DNA from: a virus
Taxonomy: Duplodnaviria > Caudoviricetes
Virus record (IMG/VR): IMGVR_UViG_3300043432_000485
Span: 1 to 64,000 of that record
Reading direction: 5' to 3' (one strand)
DNA length: 64,000 bases
Position numbers and translations under genes: made by a program. Under the pieces are notes generated by a model. It made no database searches. It saw only the letters and a program-made list of their open reading frames with translations, and was not told the origin of the DNA. Below are positions 18,539-27,825 of this stretch, in pieces. Every line of letters starts with the position of its first letter. Position 1 is the first letter of the stretch.

Positions 18539-19114
18539 ATGGGCCTCAACTTCGAAGAGCTACTCAATACTGCCGACCAGCTGCTCGACCAAGAAGGGCC
18601 GCTCCCTCGGAAATCTGCCGTTATGTACTCTCAAGTATTGGGATTTTTGGCCAGTGACCAACTCCCCAACCCGGCGATCCATAAGATGGCTGAGCCCCTC
18701 GGCGCCATCATCGACAAGAACCTGGTGCTGGTGGTCCCCGTCTCTGGTCCCGATGCCCTGCAGATCGTCGTCCGCGAGCTGGATGGACTACTCGACGCGA
18801 TCATCTTCCTGCCTTTCGATTGGATCCACCTGTTTCGGGACAACCCCATCTATCACCTTGGCAGCGTCCTCTATACGGGGAGCCAAGCGGTCGACTACTA
18901 CAACCACCTACTTGTCCAGAATCCGGGAGAGGCGATGGTTCGGGGGCGCGCATACGAAGCGGAGTTCCTGAACATGGTTCGGGACGATGCTCCGGAGTAC
19001 CCCTTCTCCCCATATCAGCTCCAAGTTCTAGAGGACTTCCCAGAAGGTCTCTTCAGCGAGCTGTCCGCCCACCTCCTCTATGAATCAGCTCCTGTAGAGG
19101 TGATCGAAGCTTGA
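18539..19114 (+). CDS. Hypothetical protein
   Basis: GGTGTA motif upstream; long open frame. Confidence 0.7.
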   Translation: MGLNFEELLNTADQLLDQEGPLPRKSAVMYSQVLGFLASDQLPNPAIHKMAEPLGAIIDKNLVLVVPVSGPDALQIVVRELDGLLDAIIFLPFDWIHLFRDNPIYHLGSVLYTGSQAVDYYNHLLVQNPGEAMVRGRAYEAEFLNMVRDDAPEYPFSPYQLQVLEDFPEGLFSELSAHLLYESAPVEVIEA

Positions 19115-19156
19115 CCGTTCATGTGGGCTGGTGTAGCTTCCAGGCTGAGGTGACTG

Positions 19157-19555
19157 ATGACCTGTAGGCATAAGCGCGGAGATCGAAGCTGCACCACCCA
19201 GTTCCCCGAGTATGCGGGTTCCGGCTCAGCGGAGAGCCCCGACGTAGATAACTTCGAAGTCATTGACGTCGAGCAGTGCAGGGACTTCTTCGTGTTGAAG
19301 GTCGCCTACCCCAACTGTCGCAAGTGCGCCTACGAGGGCACCAAGATCCTGGTCTACCACAAGGTGACCCCGTTGGATGCCCTGCGCTGGCGGAGAATCG
19401 ATCCTCACTTCTCGGATCCGAAGCTGAAGCGGACGAAAACGGAGGCTCCCGCTCCGATCGCCCGCTTTCCAGGTTCGGAAGATGGTTGGAAGGCGGCCCT
19501 TTGGTTCGCCCAGAACTACAACTTTGGGCAGCTGCCCGCGCCCCGTAAGGTATGA
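19157..19555 (+). CDS. Hypothetical phage protein
   Basis: GAGG SD; YPNC..YEG.KILVY...DPHF pattern. Confidence 0.7.
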   Translation: MTCRHKRGDRSCTTQFPEYAGSGSAESPDVDNFEVIDVEQCRDFFVLKVAYPNCRKCAYEGTKILVYHKVTPLDALRWRRIDPHFSDPKLKRTKTEAPAPIARFPGSEDGWKAALWFAQNYNFGQLPAPRKV

Positions 19556-20027
19556 GCCCCGTTACCCGCATCGGCAAGTCTGCCCCTACGTTGCCCCCGG
19601 CCTACAAGCCCCGGCGGGCGCTACTGCTCGCCAAAGTGCTGCTCGCGTTGTCCGTGTACTGCTTGTCCGTGTGGATCGCGGCTAGCTTGCTGCTGGATAG
19701 CGTTCTGCGAGTCCCATGACCCGCCAAGTCCTCAAGTGCACGATTCGCTACCTGGACGAGCCCGGCGTGCAAGCTTCCACTGTCATTGAGCGGATTCGAG
19801 GCTACGCGGCCTACCGAGCAATCAGTGGGGCCTTCGAGGGAAGTGCTCCTGGATCAACTCTTGCAAGCGCTGCCACTGCTCCTTGTCATAGTCCTCCGTG
19901 CCCACTGCTTTGTCCCACAATGTGAGCAATAGTAGGTGGAGTTCCTCTGTGTCTTTCTGAGACGGCATCTTTCGAACCCCCAATCGGTGTAGGTAATGAC
20001 CACACTCGACAATAGAAAGACCATAAC

Positions 20028-20435
20028 ATGATATTGGCAGCACTCATCGCATTTTACGGTGCCATGGCACTCGGCGTAGTGATCGTCATTGGTCACGCGA
20101 TCTTCACCCACGGGCGAGAGGCGGATAGCACCGGGACCCCAGCTCGCGGGAGCCGGGCGCTCGTCTCAGGCTTCTTGATCGCCCTGGGTCATCTGGCCGT
20201 GTGGGGTATCGCCAAGGCTTTTGGGCCGGTGCACATCCTCTTCGCACCCTTCGTGTTGGGCGCGCTCGGCTTGTGGTTGGTGGGGTATGTGGCCCCCAAA
20301 GTTCTCCGGAGTTGGGTCGAAACCAAAATCCGGGAATACATAGACTACTTGTACTTCATTGCCCCCGCGGCTCTGTTGTCGACGCTTCGCGGTGTACGGG
20401 TCGTCATCAGCTGGTTAGGGCTGGCGGTCAAGTAA
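20028..20435 (+). CDS. Membrane protein (about 4 TM)
   Basis: Hydrophobic segments. Confidence 0.6.
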   Translation: MILAALIAFYGAMALGVVIVIGHAIFTHGREADSTGTPARGSRALVSGFLIALGHLAVWGIAKAFGPVHILFAPFVLGALGLWLVGYVAPKVLRSWVETKIREYIDYLYFIAPAALLSTLRGVRVVISWLGLAVK

Positions 20436-20449
20436 CGCAACGAGGACAA

Positions 20450-20653
20450 ATGGAAATCACAGTAAGTCACGAAGTTCGTCATCACGGGGACGACGGGGCA
20501 CAGATCGTTGCCACCGTCATGGTGAATGGGAGCCCCATGGCACCCCAGGTGGTGCTGTCAGGAACAGTGCAGGACGTTGAAGAGTTCCTCCGTGACGAGG
20601 TGACTCTCGAAGACCTGCGCGTTCGAATGCTGCGGCGCCACACGGGGCTCTAG
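20450..20653 (+). CDS. Small hypothetical protein
   Basis: GAGGA SD before ATG 20450. Confidence 0.55.
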   Translation: MEITVSHEVRHHGDDGAQIVATVMVNGSPMAPQVVLSGTVQDVEEFLRDEVTLEDLRVRMLRRHTGL

Positions 20654-20898
20654 GAACAAGAGCATGTCAGGCTGGGGCCGGGACCTTCTCCGGCCGCCTG
20701 GCAGCACGCCCGCTTCATCATCAGGCATGTGGTGGTGCAGCTCTGATCGTGATGGCATCGAGCCTCACACGATACGCAGCTGTGAAAGCACCCGGCCCTG
20801 GATTGAACATCCGCGTGAGCGCTCCCGCCGAAGGCCAGCGCCACGGGGGAGAGACTCACGAGAATTGCAAGAATCAGGCGATGAGTGGTCGAAGACAT
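20650..20898 (-). CDS. Secreted cysteine-rich miniprotein
   Basis: Signal peptide ending AHA; 10 Cys in about 53 mature residues. Confidence 0.65.
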   Translation of the reverse strand: MSSTTHRLILAILVSLSPVALAFGGSAHADVQSRAGCFHSCVSCEARCHHDQSCTTTCLMMKRACCQAAGEGPGPSLTCSCS

Positions 20899-21227
20899 CC
20901 GTTTACCTCTGCGTAGTGAACTGGTGACTCTTCGGTGACGACGTACCCAATCTGTACAGGGTGCCCCGGGGTTGGGCGGGCTCCCATAGCGAACTTGCGG
21001 GGCGAGTAGGGGCGGCCTTCGGCGCGCATCCGACGCAGCGCACGCTTGTGCTCCATCTTGCGCATGAGCGCTCGCAAGTGGTACTGCTTCCCCAGCCATT
21101 CCTTGAGATCGATGTTGTGGTGGATCAACACTCCTCCACCCCGGACGTCCCCGATGTGCGATTGCCCATAGAACGGGTAGGTCAGAGTGAACGGCGTGCC
21201 CCAGAGTTTGACTTGATGTGCCGACAT
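20874..21227 (-). CDS. Hypothetical protein
   Basis: Fits between co-oriented genes. Confidence 0.5.
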   Translation of the reverse strand: MSAHQVKLWGTPFTLTYPFYGQSHIGDVRGGGVLIHHNIDLKEWLGKQYHLRALMRKMEHKRALRRMRAEGRPYSPRKFAMGARPTPGHPVQIGYVVTEESPVHYAEVNGCLRPLIA

Positions 21228-21241
21228 CTGCCCATCTTGGA

Positions 21242-21868
21242 TCAGTACCCGGACATTGCCATGGAAATCTTCACCAAGCAGTAGGATTTGTCGGATATGA
21301 CTCGGGGGTCGTCTCCAATGGTTGGGAACATCATGGACTTGTGGTCCTTGGGTTCATGGTCTAGCCCGAGCACGTGTCCGAGTTCGTGCGCGCCGATCTG
21401 GATGACCGCCCGATCTGTGAAGTAGTCGTTGGCGGTGAGCTTCATGCGCGTCTCCATGGTCTCGACGTTCACGATGTCATCGGCGCAGGACCCGTAGGTG
21501 GTCAGACCAATTTCTTCTGTCTTCCCATCCGCTTCTAGGGGCAGAGCCACATTGTCGGTAAGAACCGCATAGTTGCACTTTCCGTGCATTGCAAGGTTGT
21601 ATGTGATGGTTGCATACAACACCTCTGTCTTGATGCGCTCGTTCCATAGGTCAATGGATTCGAGCATGAGTCCGATGTTGTGATCGGAGATGTTGGCATC
21701 AATCACAATGTTGACTGGGTACTCTTTGGGGGCGAACTGTGCCTGGTAGTCCCCAGTCATGTATTGCCCGCATGCCGCCTGTAGTTGTGGCCCAATGTAC
21801 GGGTCACCCTCGATGACTCCAGTGCAACCCAAAAGCGACAAACTACAGGCGGCGAGCAGAGCTTTCAT
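21242..21868 (-). CDS. Matrixin/M10-like metalloprotease lipoprotein
   Basis: Lipobox LLGC; HELGHVLGLDH and Met-turn SMMFP. Confidence 0.85.
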   Translation of the reverse strand: MKALLAACSLSLLGCTGVIEGDPYIGPQLQAACGQYMTGDYQAQFAPKEYPVNIVIDANISDHNIGLMLESIDLWNERIKTEVLYATITYNLAMHGKCNYAVLTDNVALPLEADGKTEEIGLTTYGSCADDIVNVETMETRMKLTANDYFTDRAVIQIGAHELGHVLGLDHEPKDHKSMMFPTIGDDPRVISDKSYCLVKISMAMSGY

Positions 21869-22635
21869 GACTTCTCCAGGCTTTCTATATAGATCTCGAT
21901 AGGTGCATTACGAGGCAGCTCACCCGCCTCTACCCGGGCTTTGAGCCCAGCCATGACCTTGCCTAGCTCCAAGCCTTGGGACAGGCCCAGGTGCGCCTTG
22001 AGCGCATCCCCAAGGCCCTTGGGGAGAGCTTGGGGAATCTCAGCCTGCTTTTGAAGCCGCGTGATCCGGCTTCGGAGTTCGTGGGTCAGGCGCATGACCT
22101 TGCGGCGCTGCGCCGGCCGGCTGGTAGTGCAATCCGCCCGAGCCACTGCGAAGACATCGTCCAGGTGTGTGCCCAGTTCCAACGCCAACCGGCGCACCGC
22201 GGAGTCTGACCACTCGGGGTAGTATGCCTCGACCTTACCCAAGTTCTCGATGATGAAGCCAATTTTCGCTTCCTCCTCACCGGTGAACAGCCTGCTCTGT
22301 TTGGCTGCCTGAGAGAAGATCCGAGCGCTCGCGATCTCATGGTTGTGGAAGGCCACTTTCCCGGTCGCGGTCGAGATGGACGAGGGCTTTCCCACATCGT
22401 GGAACAAAGCCGCCCAACGCAAGACTGCGACGGGCAAGGTTTGGACCACCACCAGTTTGGTGTGCATCCACAGATCCTTGTGAGCGTACCCACTGGTTTT
22501 CCCACCAAATCCCACCAAGCCCTGCAGGGCAGGGAACGCCGCACGGAGGATGCCCGATTCCTGCAGGTCTTCCAGCCCCTGATCGGCATCTTTGGCCGTC
22601 AGTATCTGGTCCCAAGCTTTGCGCGACAATGCCAT
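21865..22635 (-). CDS. Headless CCA-enzyme-like protein: RNA-binding body plus HD domain
   Basis: GL..L..SGIL...FP.L, HKDLWMHT, LRWAALFHDVGKP, FHNHE; no DxD nucleotidyltransferase head. Confidence 0.8.
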   Translation of the reverse strand: MALSRKAWDQILTAKDADQGLEDLQESGILRAAFPALQGLVGFGGKTSGYAHKDLWMHTKLVVVQTLPVAVLRWAALFHDVGKPSSISTATGKVAFHNHEIASARIFSQAAKQSRLFTGEEEAKIGFIIENLGKVEAYYPEWSDSAVRRLALELGTHLDDVFAVARADCTTSRPAQRRKVMRLTHELRSRITRLQKQAEIPQALPKGLGDALKAHLGLSQGLELGKVMAGLKARVEAGELPRNAPIEIYIESLEKS

Positions 22636-22671
22636 GCTTGAGTATAACACCCCAGGAGCCCAAAACTCCAG

Positions 22672-23154
22672 CTAAATGTCGTCTCTTAGCTGTTCCCACA
22701 AGGAGCGCTGAGGTGGTTTCTCTGGCGCTTTAGAACGTCGCGGTGACACAGGTGCTCTTGCGACGAACAAATCTGAGGTCACATTCTGGTCCAACCCAAG
22801 GGAGTCGTCCGGTATTTCTCCAAAATCGGTGAGCGCCTCTACAATTTGCCTGGTCACTGGAGAAACGAGCCGCGCCCGAGGCCCTCTGGTGATCTCCACA
22901 TCCATCCCGATCTGTCTGCCAAGATCTCGGACCATTTCGGCTAGCCGATGGCTGGACTCGTGTCCGTTGTAGTGATCCTCAACGTCGATCCATCCATCTC
23001 GCCCCACGCCTCCCCCAATGGCCATTCGGCGTAGATAGTTCAGTACCAGTACTCGGGTGCGGCCGGTACGACGTTGGTCCTGTCCTAAGGTGTACAGCCA
23101 CTCCAAAGCATCCATGGCGCGGCGCTGTGTCGGCGTGAGATAGAACGCGGGCAT
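22672..23154 (-). CDS. Hypothetical protein ending LWEQLRDDI
   Basis: GGTGTA motif upstream. Confidence 0.65.
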   Translation of the reverse strand: MPAFYLTPTQRRAMDALEWLYTLGQDQRRTGRTRVLVLNYLRRMAIGGGVGRDGWIDVEDHYNGHESSHRLAEMVRDLGRQIGMDVEITRGPRARLVSPVTRQIVEALTDFGEIPDDSLGLDQNVTSDLFVARAPVSPRRSKAPEKPPQRSLWEQLRDDI

Positions 23155-23163
23155 CCGGCGTTC

Positions 23164-23520
23164 TTACACCGAACCGTTCTTTTCGAGCGTGTACAGCTCA
23201 TGCTCGGCGGCCCGAATTCGCTCATCGAGCGCCGTCCGCTCCTTCTTGAGCTTCTCCACCTGCTGAGCCTTGAGCAAGAATGCCGGCAACGTGCGGCATG
23301 TCCGCTTCTGTTCCTCCCGGCTGAAGTTGGGGACCCATTGAGTGGTGTACCCACACAGGAACTCGCGCTCCTCCCATTCTTGGCCGTTGCAATGCCGCCT
23401 CACTTTGCGCTTGCTCGTCAGGTCCCAGAACCAGGTTGACTCGATTTCCCTGGTCTCGCGAATGACCTCTCGCTCGCCGCAAGTCGGGCATGCTTCAGTC
23501 TTGAGGTGCTTGAAGTGCAT
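23164..23520 (-). CDS. Zn-ribbon/coiled-coil hypothetical protein
   Basis: CPTC and later Cys/His residues. Confidence 0.6.
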   Translation of the reverse strand: MHFKHLKTEACPTCGEREVIRETREIESTWFWDLTSKRKVRRHCNGQEWEEREFLCGYTTQWVPNFSREEQKRTCRTLPAFLLKAQQVEKLKKERTALDERIRAAEHELYTLEKNGSV

Positions 23521-23578
23521 GTGATAGCTTTACCCGCTCGGGTTGTGTGTTCAAGCCCTATGTGGTATATTTCTTCTC

Positions 23579-23830
23579 ATGCCTGCCTCAAACCCTGATA
23601 TCGAAGCCGGTCAGCATTACTGCCACATGTGCCGCAAGGTCACAACGTGGGTCGGGGACAAGAACCAGAAGTGCTACGAGTGTGGACGCAAGTTCCCTTG
23701 TGGTCGCCCAACATGCCATCACCAAGATTGTGAGGCATTCCGCGCAGTGTGGGGCCAGACTGTGGCTCCGGCGGTACCCCTACAGGAAACGGATGACCCA
23801 AGGGAAATCTTTGATTATCTGGAATCCTGA
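23579..23830 (+). CDS. Small Cys-rich zinc-finger protein
   Basis: CHMC, CYEC, CxxxxCHHxxC. Confidence 0.55.
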   Translation: MPASNPDIEAGQHYCHMCRKVTTWVGDKNQKCYECGRKFPCGRPTCHHQDCEAFRAVWGQTVAPAVPLQETDDPREIFDYLES

Positions 23831-24339
23831 TTGCTATCAACCAAGTAGACATGATCTGTGGGCAAACATTGACCGTGGTGGGTCTTTGCATGATGGCAGT
23901 TAGCACATAATAGCTGCAAAGTATTAGGGAAATTGTTGATATACGCCCACCTGTTCATAGTGATCTTGACCTCTCTTCGGTGTGACGCCCCATCGTTGTT
24001 GATGTGGTCTAGTTGGAGGAGACGTGTGTTTGGGTTCCCGCAACACACACATTTTCCGCCATATCCTTTGATCACCAGTTCTCTAATTTTGTCATCCCTC
24101 TTTTTTCCGGCAATCCGGCTGGCGGGTATGCAAAGAAGGCAATAAGTGGAGCCTTCCGCCGGGTTCCTTGCTAGGCATCTTGTGCACATTCCTCTCCTGT
24201 CCTCTTGCCTTTTCCGAGCTTGCAGGCGTTTCCACAGTGTGCATTCGGTGCAGTAGTAGGTTGCCCCAGTCCAAGACTTTGCGCACCTTGGGCATAGCCC
24301 TTGACTGATTCTCTTCTTTATCGTAGATATCCGTCCCAT
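23815..24339 (-). CDS. HNH endonuclease with Cys-rich N-terminus
   Basis: CVCCG..LDHINNDG..LQLLCANCH; lower GC than flanks. Confidence 0.8.
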   Translation of the reverse strand: MGRISTIKKRISQGLCPRCAKSWTGATYYCTECTLWKRLQARKRQEDRRGMCTRCLARNPAEGSTYCLLCIPASRIAGKKRDDKIRELVIKGYGGKCVCCGNPNTRLLQLDHINNDGASHRREVKITMNRWAYINNFPNTLQLLCANCHHAKTHHGQCLPTDHVYLVDSNQDSR

Positions 24340-24414
24340 GCAGGTATGCACATATAAGTGAAATACATGTGGTAACCAAGAGGCCCGTGATTCCGGCTCG
24401 GTGTATAGCCGGGG

Positions 24415-25176
24415 ATGTCAGATCGCATCATTGTAATCGGAGACTTGCAAGGCTGTTTCTCTGAGGCGGAGGCATTGCTTAAAAAATGCAGGGTCACCCC
24501 ACGAGATCACGTAATATTTGCGGGAGATTTGGTGGATCGCGGGCCTGAAAGTGGGCTATGCGTAGACCTTTCAATGAGGCGAGAGGACATTCAAGGAAAA
24601 CCCGCGTGTGTGCTGGGTAATCATGAACAACGGCATCTTGGTTATCGAGTTTTGGATGAAGAAGGCCATGACTCTAAGTGTGTGATTCCTACTCATATCT
24701 CGACTCGTGCCCAGTTGACTGATCAGCATTATGACTACTTCAAACGGCTGCCTCTCTATCTTCGGCTCCCGGAGTACAACGCGGTAGTGGTGCACGCGGG
24801 TGTCTATCCAGGGCGCACGATTGAAGAGCAAGACAAACACCACTTGCTGCACATCCAGATGATCAACCCACCGGACATTGAGACCAAGTGGCCGAGCAAA
24901 TGTCCGGTTGGCTGGAAGTTCTGGACTCACTTTTGGGACGGCCCGGAGCGCATCATCTTCGGCCACTCAGTGTTCGACAAGCCCCTGGTGACCGAGAAGG
25001 CAGTGGGTATCGACGGGGGCGCGTGCTTTGGACGCCAACTGCACGCTTTGATCTTGCCAGAATGGGAGATCGTTTCGGTTGCCGGGAAACATGACCACGG
25101 CAAGGGCTCTCGGGGCCGCAGCAACGAAAAGATCAAGATGATCCTGGTTCATGGGGATGTAAGCACGTATAGTTGA
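24415..25176 (+). CDS. PPP-family metallophosphoesterase (ApaH/PrpE-like)
   Basis: GDLQGC, GDLVDRGP, GNHE, VHAG, FGH, IDGG. Confidence 0.88.
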   Translation: MSDRIIVIGDLQGCFSEAEALLKKCRVTPRDHVIFAGDLVDRGPESGLCVDLSMRREDIQGKPACVLGNHEQRHLGYRVLDEEGHDSKCVIPTHISTRAQLTDQHYDYFKRLPLYLRLPEYNAVVVHAGVYPGRTIEEQDKHHLLHIQMINPPDIETKWPSKCPVGWKFWTHFWDGPERIIFGHSVFDKPLVTEKAVGIDGGACFGRQLHALILPEWEIVSVAGKHDHGKGSRGRSNEKIKMILVHGDVSTYS

Positions 25177-25188
25177 CGGTGATGCCAA

Positions 25189-25920
25189 ATGTCCGAGGAT
25201 GTAAGGTTTTTTGGCTACAAGCATATGACATTGGAAGCAGTTCCGCGTTGCTTCTATGTCGGAAAGGGCACCACTAGAAGGCCGTTCTCCAGATCGCGTA
25301 GTAAAAAGTGGCATGCAGTGGTAGCTGAGTATGGTCTTCGTGTTGAGGTGTGTATTGGACCAGTGTCAAATCGGACCGCAATTGAGTGGGAAATCACCCA
25401 TATTGCTGCTGAAGGTACATACTCAAAATGCACAGCTTTGCGCAATCCTGACAATATAGGTTGTAACTTCACCTTGGGTGGGGACGGTGCAGTGGGCTGC
25501 CCAAGAACCGAAAAGCAAAAAGCTGAGATTTCTGAACGTTTTAGGAGACCAAAAACGCCAGAGCATCGAGAGAAGTTGCGTCAAGCCAACCTAGGTAAGA
25601 AGCTCTCACCGGAACGGGTGGAGAAGACGGCCAAGGCACTTCGCGGGCGTGTGTTCAGTTCGGAACGGCGTGCAAAGATCTGGAAAAACCGTAGTCACGA
25701 ATTCAGCTATGCCCACAAACTGAACATGGGTCAACCGGTCACTCAATATGACCCGATCACTGAAGAACCCCTGCTATCCTTCTTGTCTGTAGGCGCCGCG
25801 GAAAGAGCCCTTGGTATCACTTGTGTGTCTAGAGCATGCCGTTTAGGGTACCTGGCAGGTGGGTACCGCTGGAAATATGCGAAGTCTGCCCCCAGAAAGA
25901 AGAGAGTTCAAAATGTCTGA
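25189..25920 (+). CDS. GIY-YIG-type homing endonuclease with NUMOD3/NUMOD1-like DNA-binding units
   Basis: FYVGKG, NFTLGGDG, EHREKLRQA repeats, AGGYRWKY. Confidence 0.8.
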   Translation: MSEDVRFFGYKHMTLEAVPRCFYVGKGTTRRPFSRSRSKKWHAVVAEYGLRVEVCIGPVSNRTAIEWEITHIAAEGTYSKCTALRNPDNIGCNFTLGGDGAVGCPRTEKQKAEISERFRRPKTPEHREKLRQANLGKKLSPERVEKTAKALRGRVFSSERRAKIWKNRSHEFSYAHKLNMGQPVTQYDPITEEPLLSFLSVGAAERALGITCVSRACRLGYLAGGYRWKYAKSAPRKKRVQNV

Positions 25921-26296
25921 GATCAAACAAGTAATCGTGGTGAATACAAAGCTTGGCATGCGCAGGGGCAAGGAGTCGGCCCAGGTGGCCCACGCCGCGA
26001 TGGAGTGGCTGCGCAAACTAGCTCTGCAGGTAGGAGATCCGATCATTTCTAGAATGTCTACTACAGAGTTGGCATGGCTGGGCGGAAATCATGCCAAAAT
26101 CGTAGTTGGAGTGGACAGTCTAGAAGAGCTGACAGCAGTCCAACGGGCCGCTGAGGCAGCCGGTGTTGCGAATCACTTCGTTGTTGACCACGGACTCACC
26201 GAGTTTCACGGGGAGCACACCACAACATGCCTTGCTCTCGGTCCGGACTACGCGAGCGTGATTGACCCCATCACTAAGCATCTGAAGCTGCGCTAG
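25913..26296 (+). CDS. pth2: Peptidyl-tRNA hydrolase, PTH2 family (intact)
   Basis: KQVIVV..L.M..GK..AQVAHA, KIVV, VDHGLTE, TCLALGP, ITKHLKL. Confidence 0.92.
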   Translation: MSEIKQVIVVNTKLGMRRGKESAQVAHAAMEWLRKLALQVGDPIISRMSTTELAWLGGNHAKIVVGVDSLEELTAVQRAAEAAGVANHFVVDHGLTEFHGEHTTTCLALGPDYASVIDPITKHLKLR

Positions 26297-26523
26297 ACTT
26301 CGTCCTCTGCGAACAGCTCATCCGCACGACGTCGCGCGGCTTCATTCCGGCGTCTTTGGCTGGCCCGGTGTAGGCGCTCGAACTCCAACTCCTCCCAGCG
26401 TCGTACTACGTCAGATGTTATTTGACTGCGAGAGGCTTGGTTGCGGACAACGCAAGGGCCACAAGGACCTGAGCCCCTCGCTATTTTTTTGCACTGGCAT
26501 GATATGTCTATGACCTTGGCCAT
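26293..26523 (-). CDS. Small hypothetical protein
   Basis: Open frame convergent with pth2. Confidence 0.5.
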   Translation of the reverse strand: MAKVIDISCQCKKIARGSGPCGPCVVRNQASRSQITSDVVRRWEELEFERLHRASQRRRNEAARRRADELFAEDEV

Positions 26524-26578
26524 GGTAAGCTAGACTGGCTACAAGAGGTTGCGTAGCAGCCATCCTGGAAAAACTACC

Positions 26579-27223
26579 ATGTCCAAGAAATATCCTCGAA
26601 GTCTGCACCTCCCGTTCAGTCCAGGAGGCACCAACGATGACAAGCGGCTGTCTAGCGTTGACCACTTCCTGGATCAAGACTTGGTGCTGACCGAGAAAAT
26701 GGACGGTTCTAATGTCTGCCTGGAGAGCGCCGCCGTATTTGCCCGCAGTCATTCCGGGGCTCCAAAGCACCCGAGCTTTGATGCCCTCAAACAGATGCAT
26801 GCTTCAATCCGCCACCTGATCTCGGAGGAGGTCCAGGTGTTCGGGGAGTGGTGCTATGCCCGGCACAGCATCGCCTATGATCAGCTCCCTGGGTACTTGC
26901 TGCTGTTCGGTATCCGGCACCGCGGATTGTGGTGCTCTTGGGATGAAGTCCAGATGTGGGCCGAGGAACTTGGAGTGCCAACCGTGCCAGAGCTGGCGCG
27001 CAGCTCCTTTTCCACGGCAAAAGAGCTGCAAGAAGCAGTAGAGGGGCTGGCTGTACAGCCCTCCAAATGTGGCGGGGAACGAGAGGGCGTTGTGGTTCGG
27101 AGAGCTGGCACCTTCTGGGACCATGACTTCCCGCTCGCGTTGGCCAAGTGGGTTCGCAAGGGCCACGTCCAGACCGATGACCATTGGTCCAGCCAGGCGA
27201 TCGTCAAGAACATCTTGCTCTAA
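26579..27223 (+). CDS. ATP-dependent RNA ligase (Rnl2-like)
   Basis: EKMDG motif I, FGEW, LLFGI, EGVVVR, AKWV. Confidence 0.88.
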   Translation: MSKKYPRSLHLPFSPGGTNDDKRLSSVDHFLDQDLVLTEKMDGSNVCLESAAVFARSHSGAPKHPSFDALKQMHASIRHLISEEVQVFGEWCYARHSIAYDQLPGYLLLFGIRHRGLWCSWDEVQMWAEELGVPTVPELARSSFSTAKELQEAVEGLAVQPSKCGGEREGVVVRRAGTFWDHDFPLALAKWVRKGHVQTDDHWSSQAIVKNILL

Positions 27224-27495
27224 GCTCTACGAGCTTCGAAGCCGTTCAAGTACACTTTTGCTACGTCACCGAACACCGGGAGCTTGATGAAAGCTTTGGT
27301 GCACTCGACGCTGACCGCCTCTCCCGCGACCAGCACTCCTAGATGGACCGTGTCAATCGAAACCCGAACCAACTGAAGGCCCGGGTTTCCTGGCCAACGA
27401 ATGTGTAGGTACTCCCCCTCTTTGAGGGGCACACCATCTAGGCTGTCCTGTAGTCCTCCCGAGGGGGCCTGGAAGGTTAGGATCTTGCTTGGCAC
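27220..27495 (-). CDS. Hypothetical protein
   Basis: Adjacent to upstream stop. Confidence 0.55.
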   Translation of the reverse strand: MPSKILTFQAPSGGLQDSLDGVPLKEGEYLHIRWPGNPGLQLVRVSIDTVHLGVLVAGEAVSVECTKAFIKLPVFGDVAKVYLNGFEARRA

Positions 27496-27496
27496 G

Positions 27497-27808
27497 CTAC
27501 CTGATGACGCGGTACACCAGAGTACAAAGCACGCCGGCTATTGAAAAAGTATCGGTCCACCCCGAGGCCCCTTGTCCCCAGCAAGCGGTCAAGTAGGTGG
27601 GAGTCGGCATGATACCGGATAGAGGTTTCTCCTCCGTTCCGCTCTTATACTCCCCTGCAATGGACAACTCAGCCCCGAGAACACTCTTGAAGTTCTCGGC
27701 AGCCTCTTCAGCGGTGTCCCCTTGAGACATGATGTAGTGCTCCAGGCTGAATGCTATCCAGCCTGAGCCCTCATTCAATACAAGAACCCTTAGGTGTACG
27801 TGAGGCAT
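27497..27808 (-). CDS. Hypothetical protein (HicB-like start possible)
   Basis: WIAFSLEH..MSQGDT.EEA..N; GGTGTA motif upstream. Confidence 0.55.
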   Translation of the reverse strand: MPHVHLRVLVLNEGSGWIAFSLEHYIMSQGDTAEEAAENFKSVLGAELSIAGEYKSGTEEKPLSGIMPTPTYLTACWGQGASGWTDTFSIAGVLCTLVYRVIR

Positions 27809-27825
27809 AGGTTACCCTACACCGT

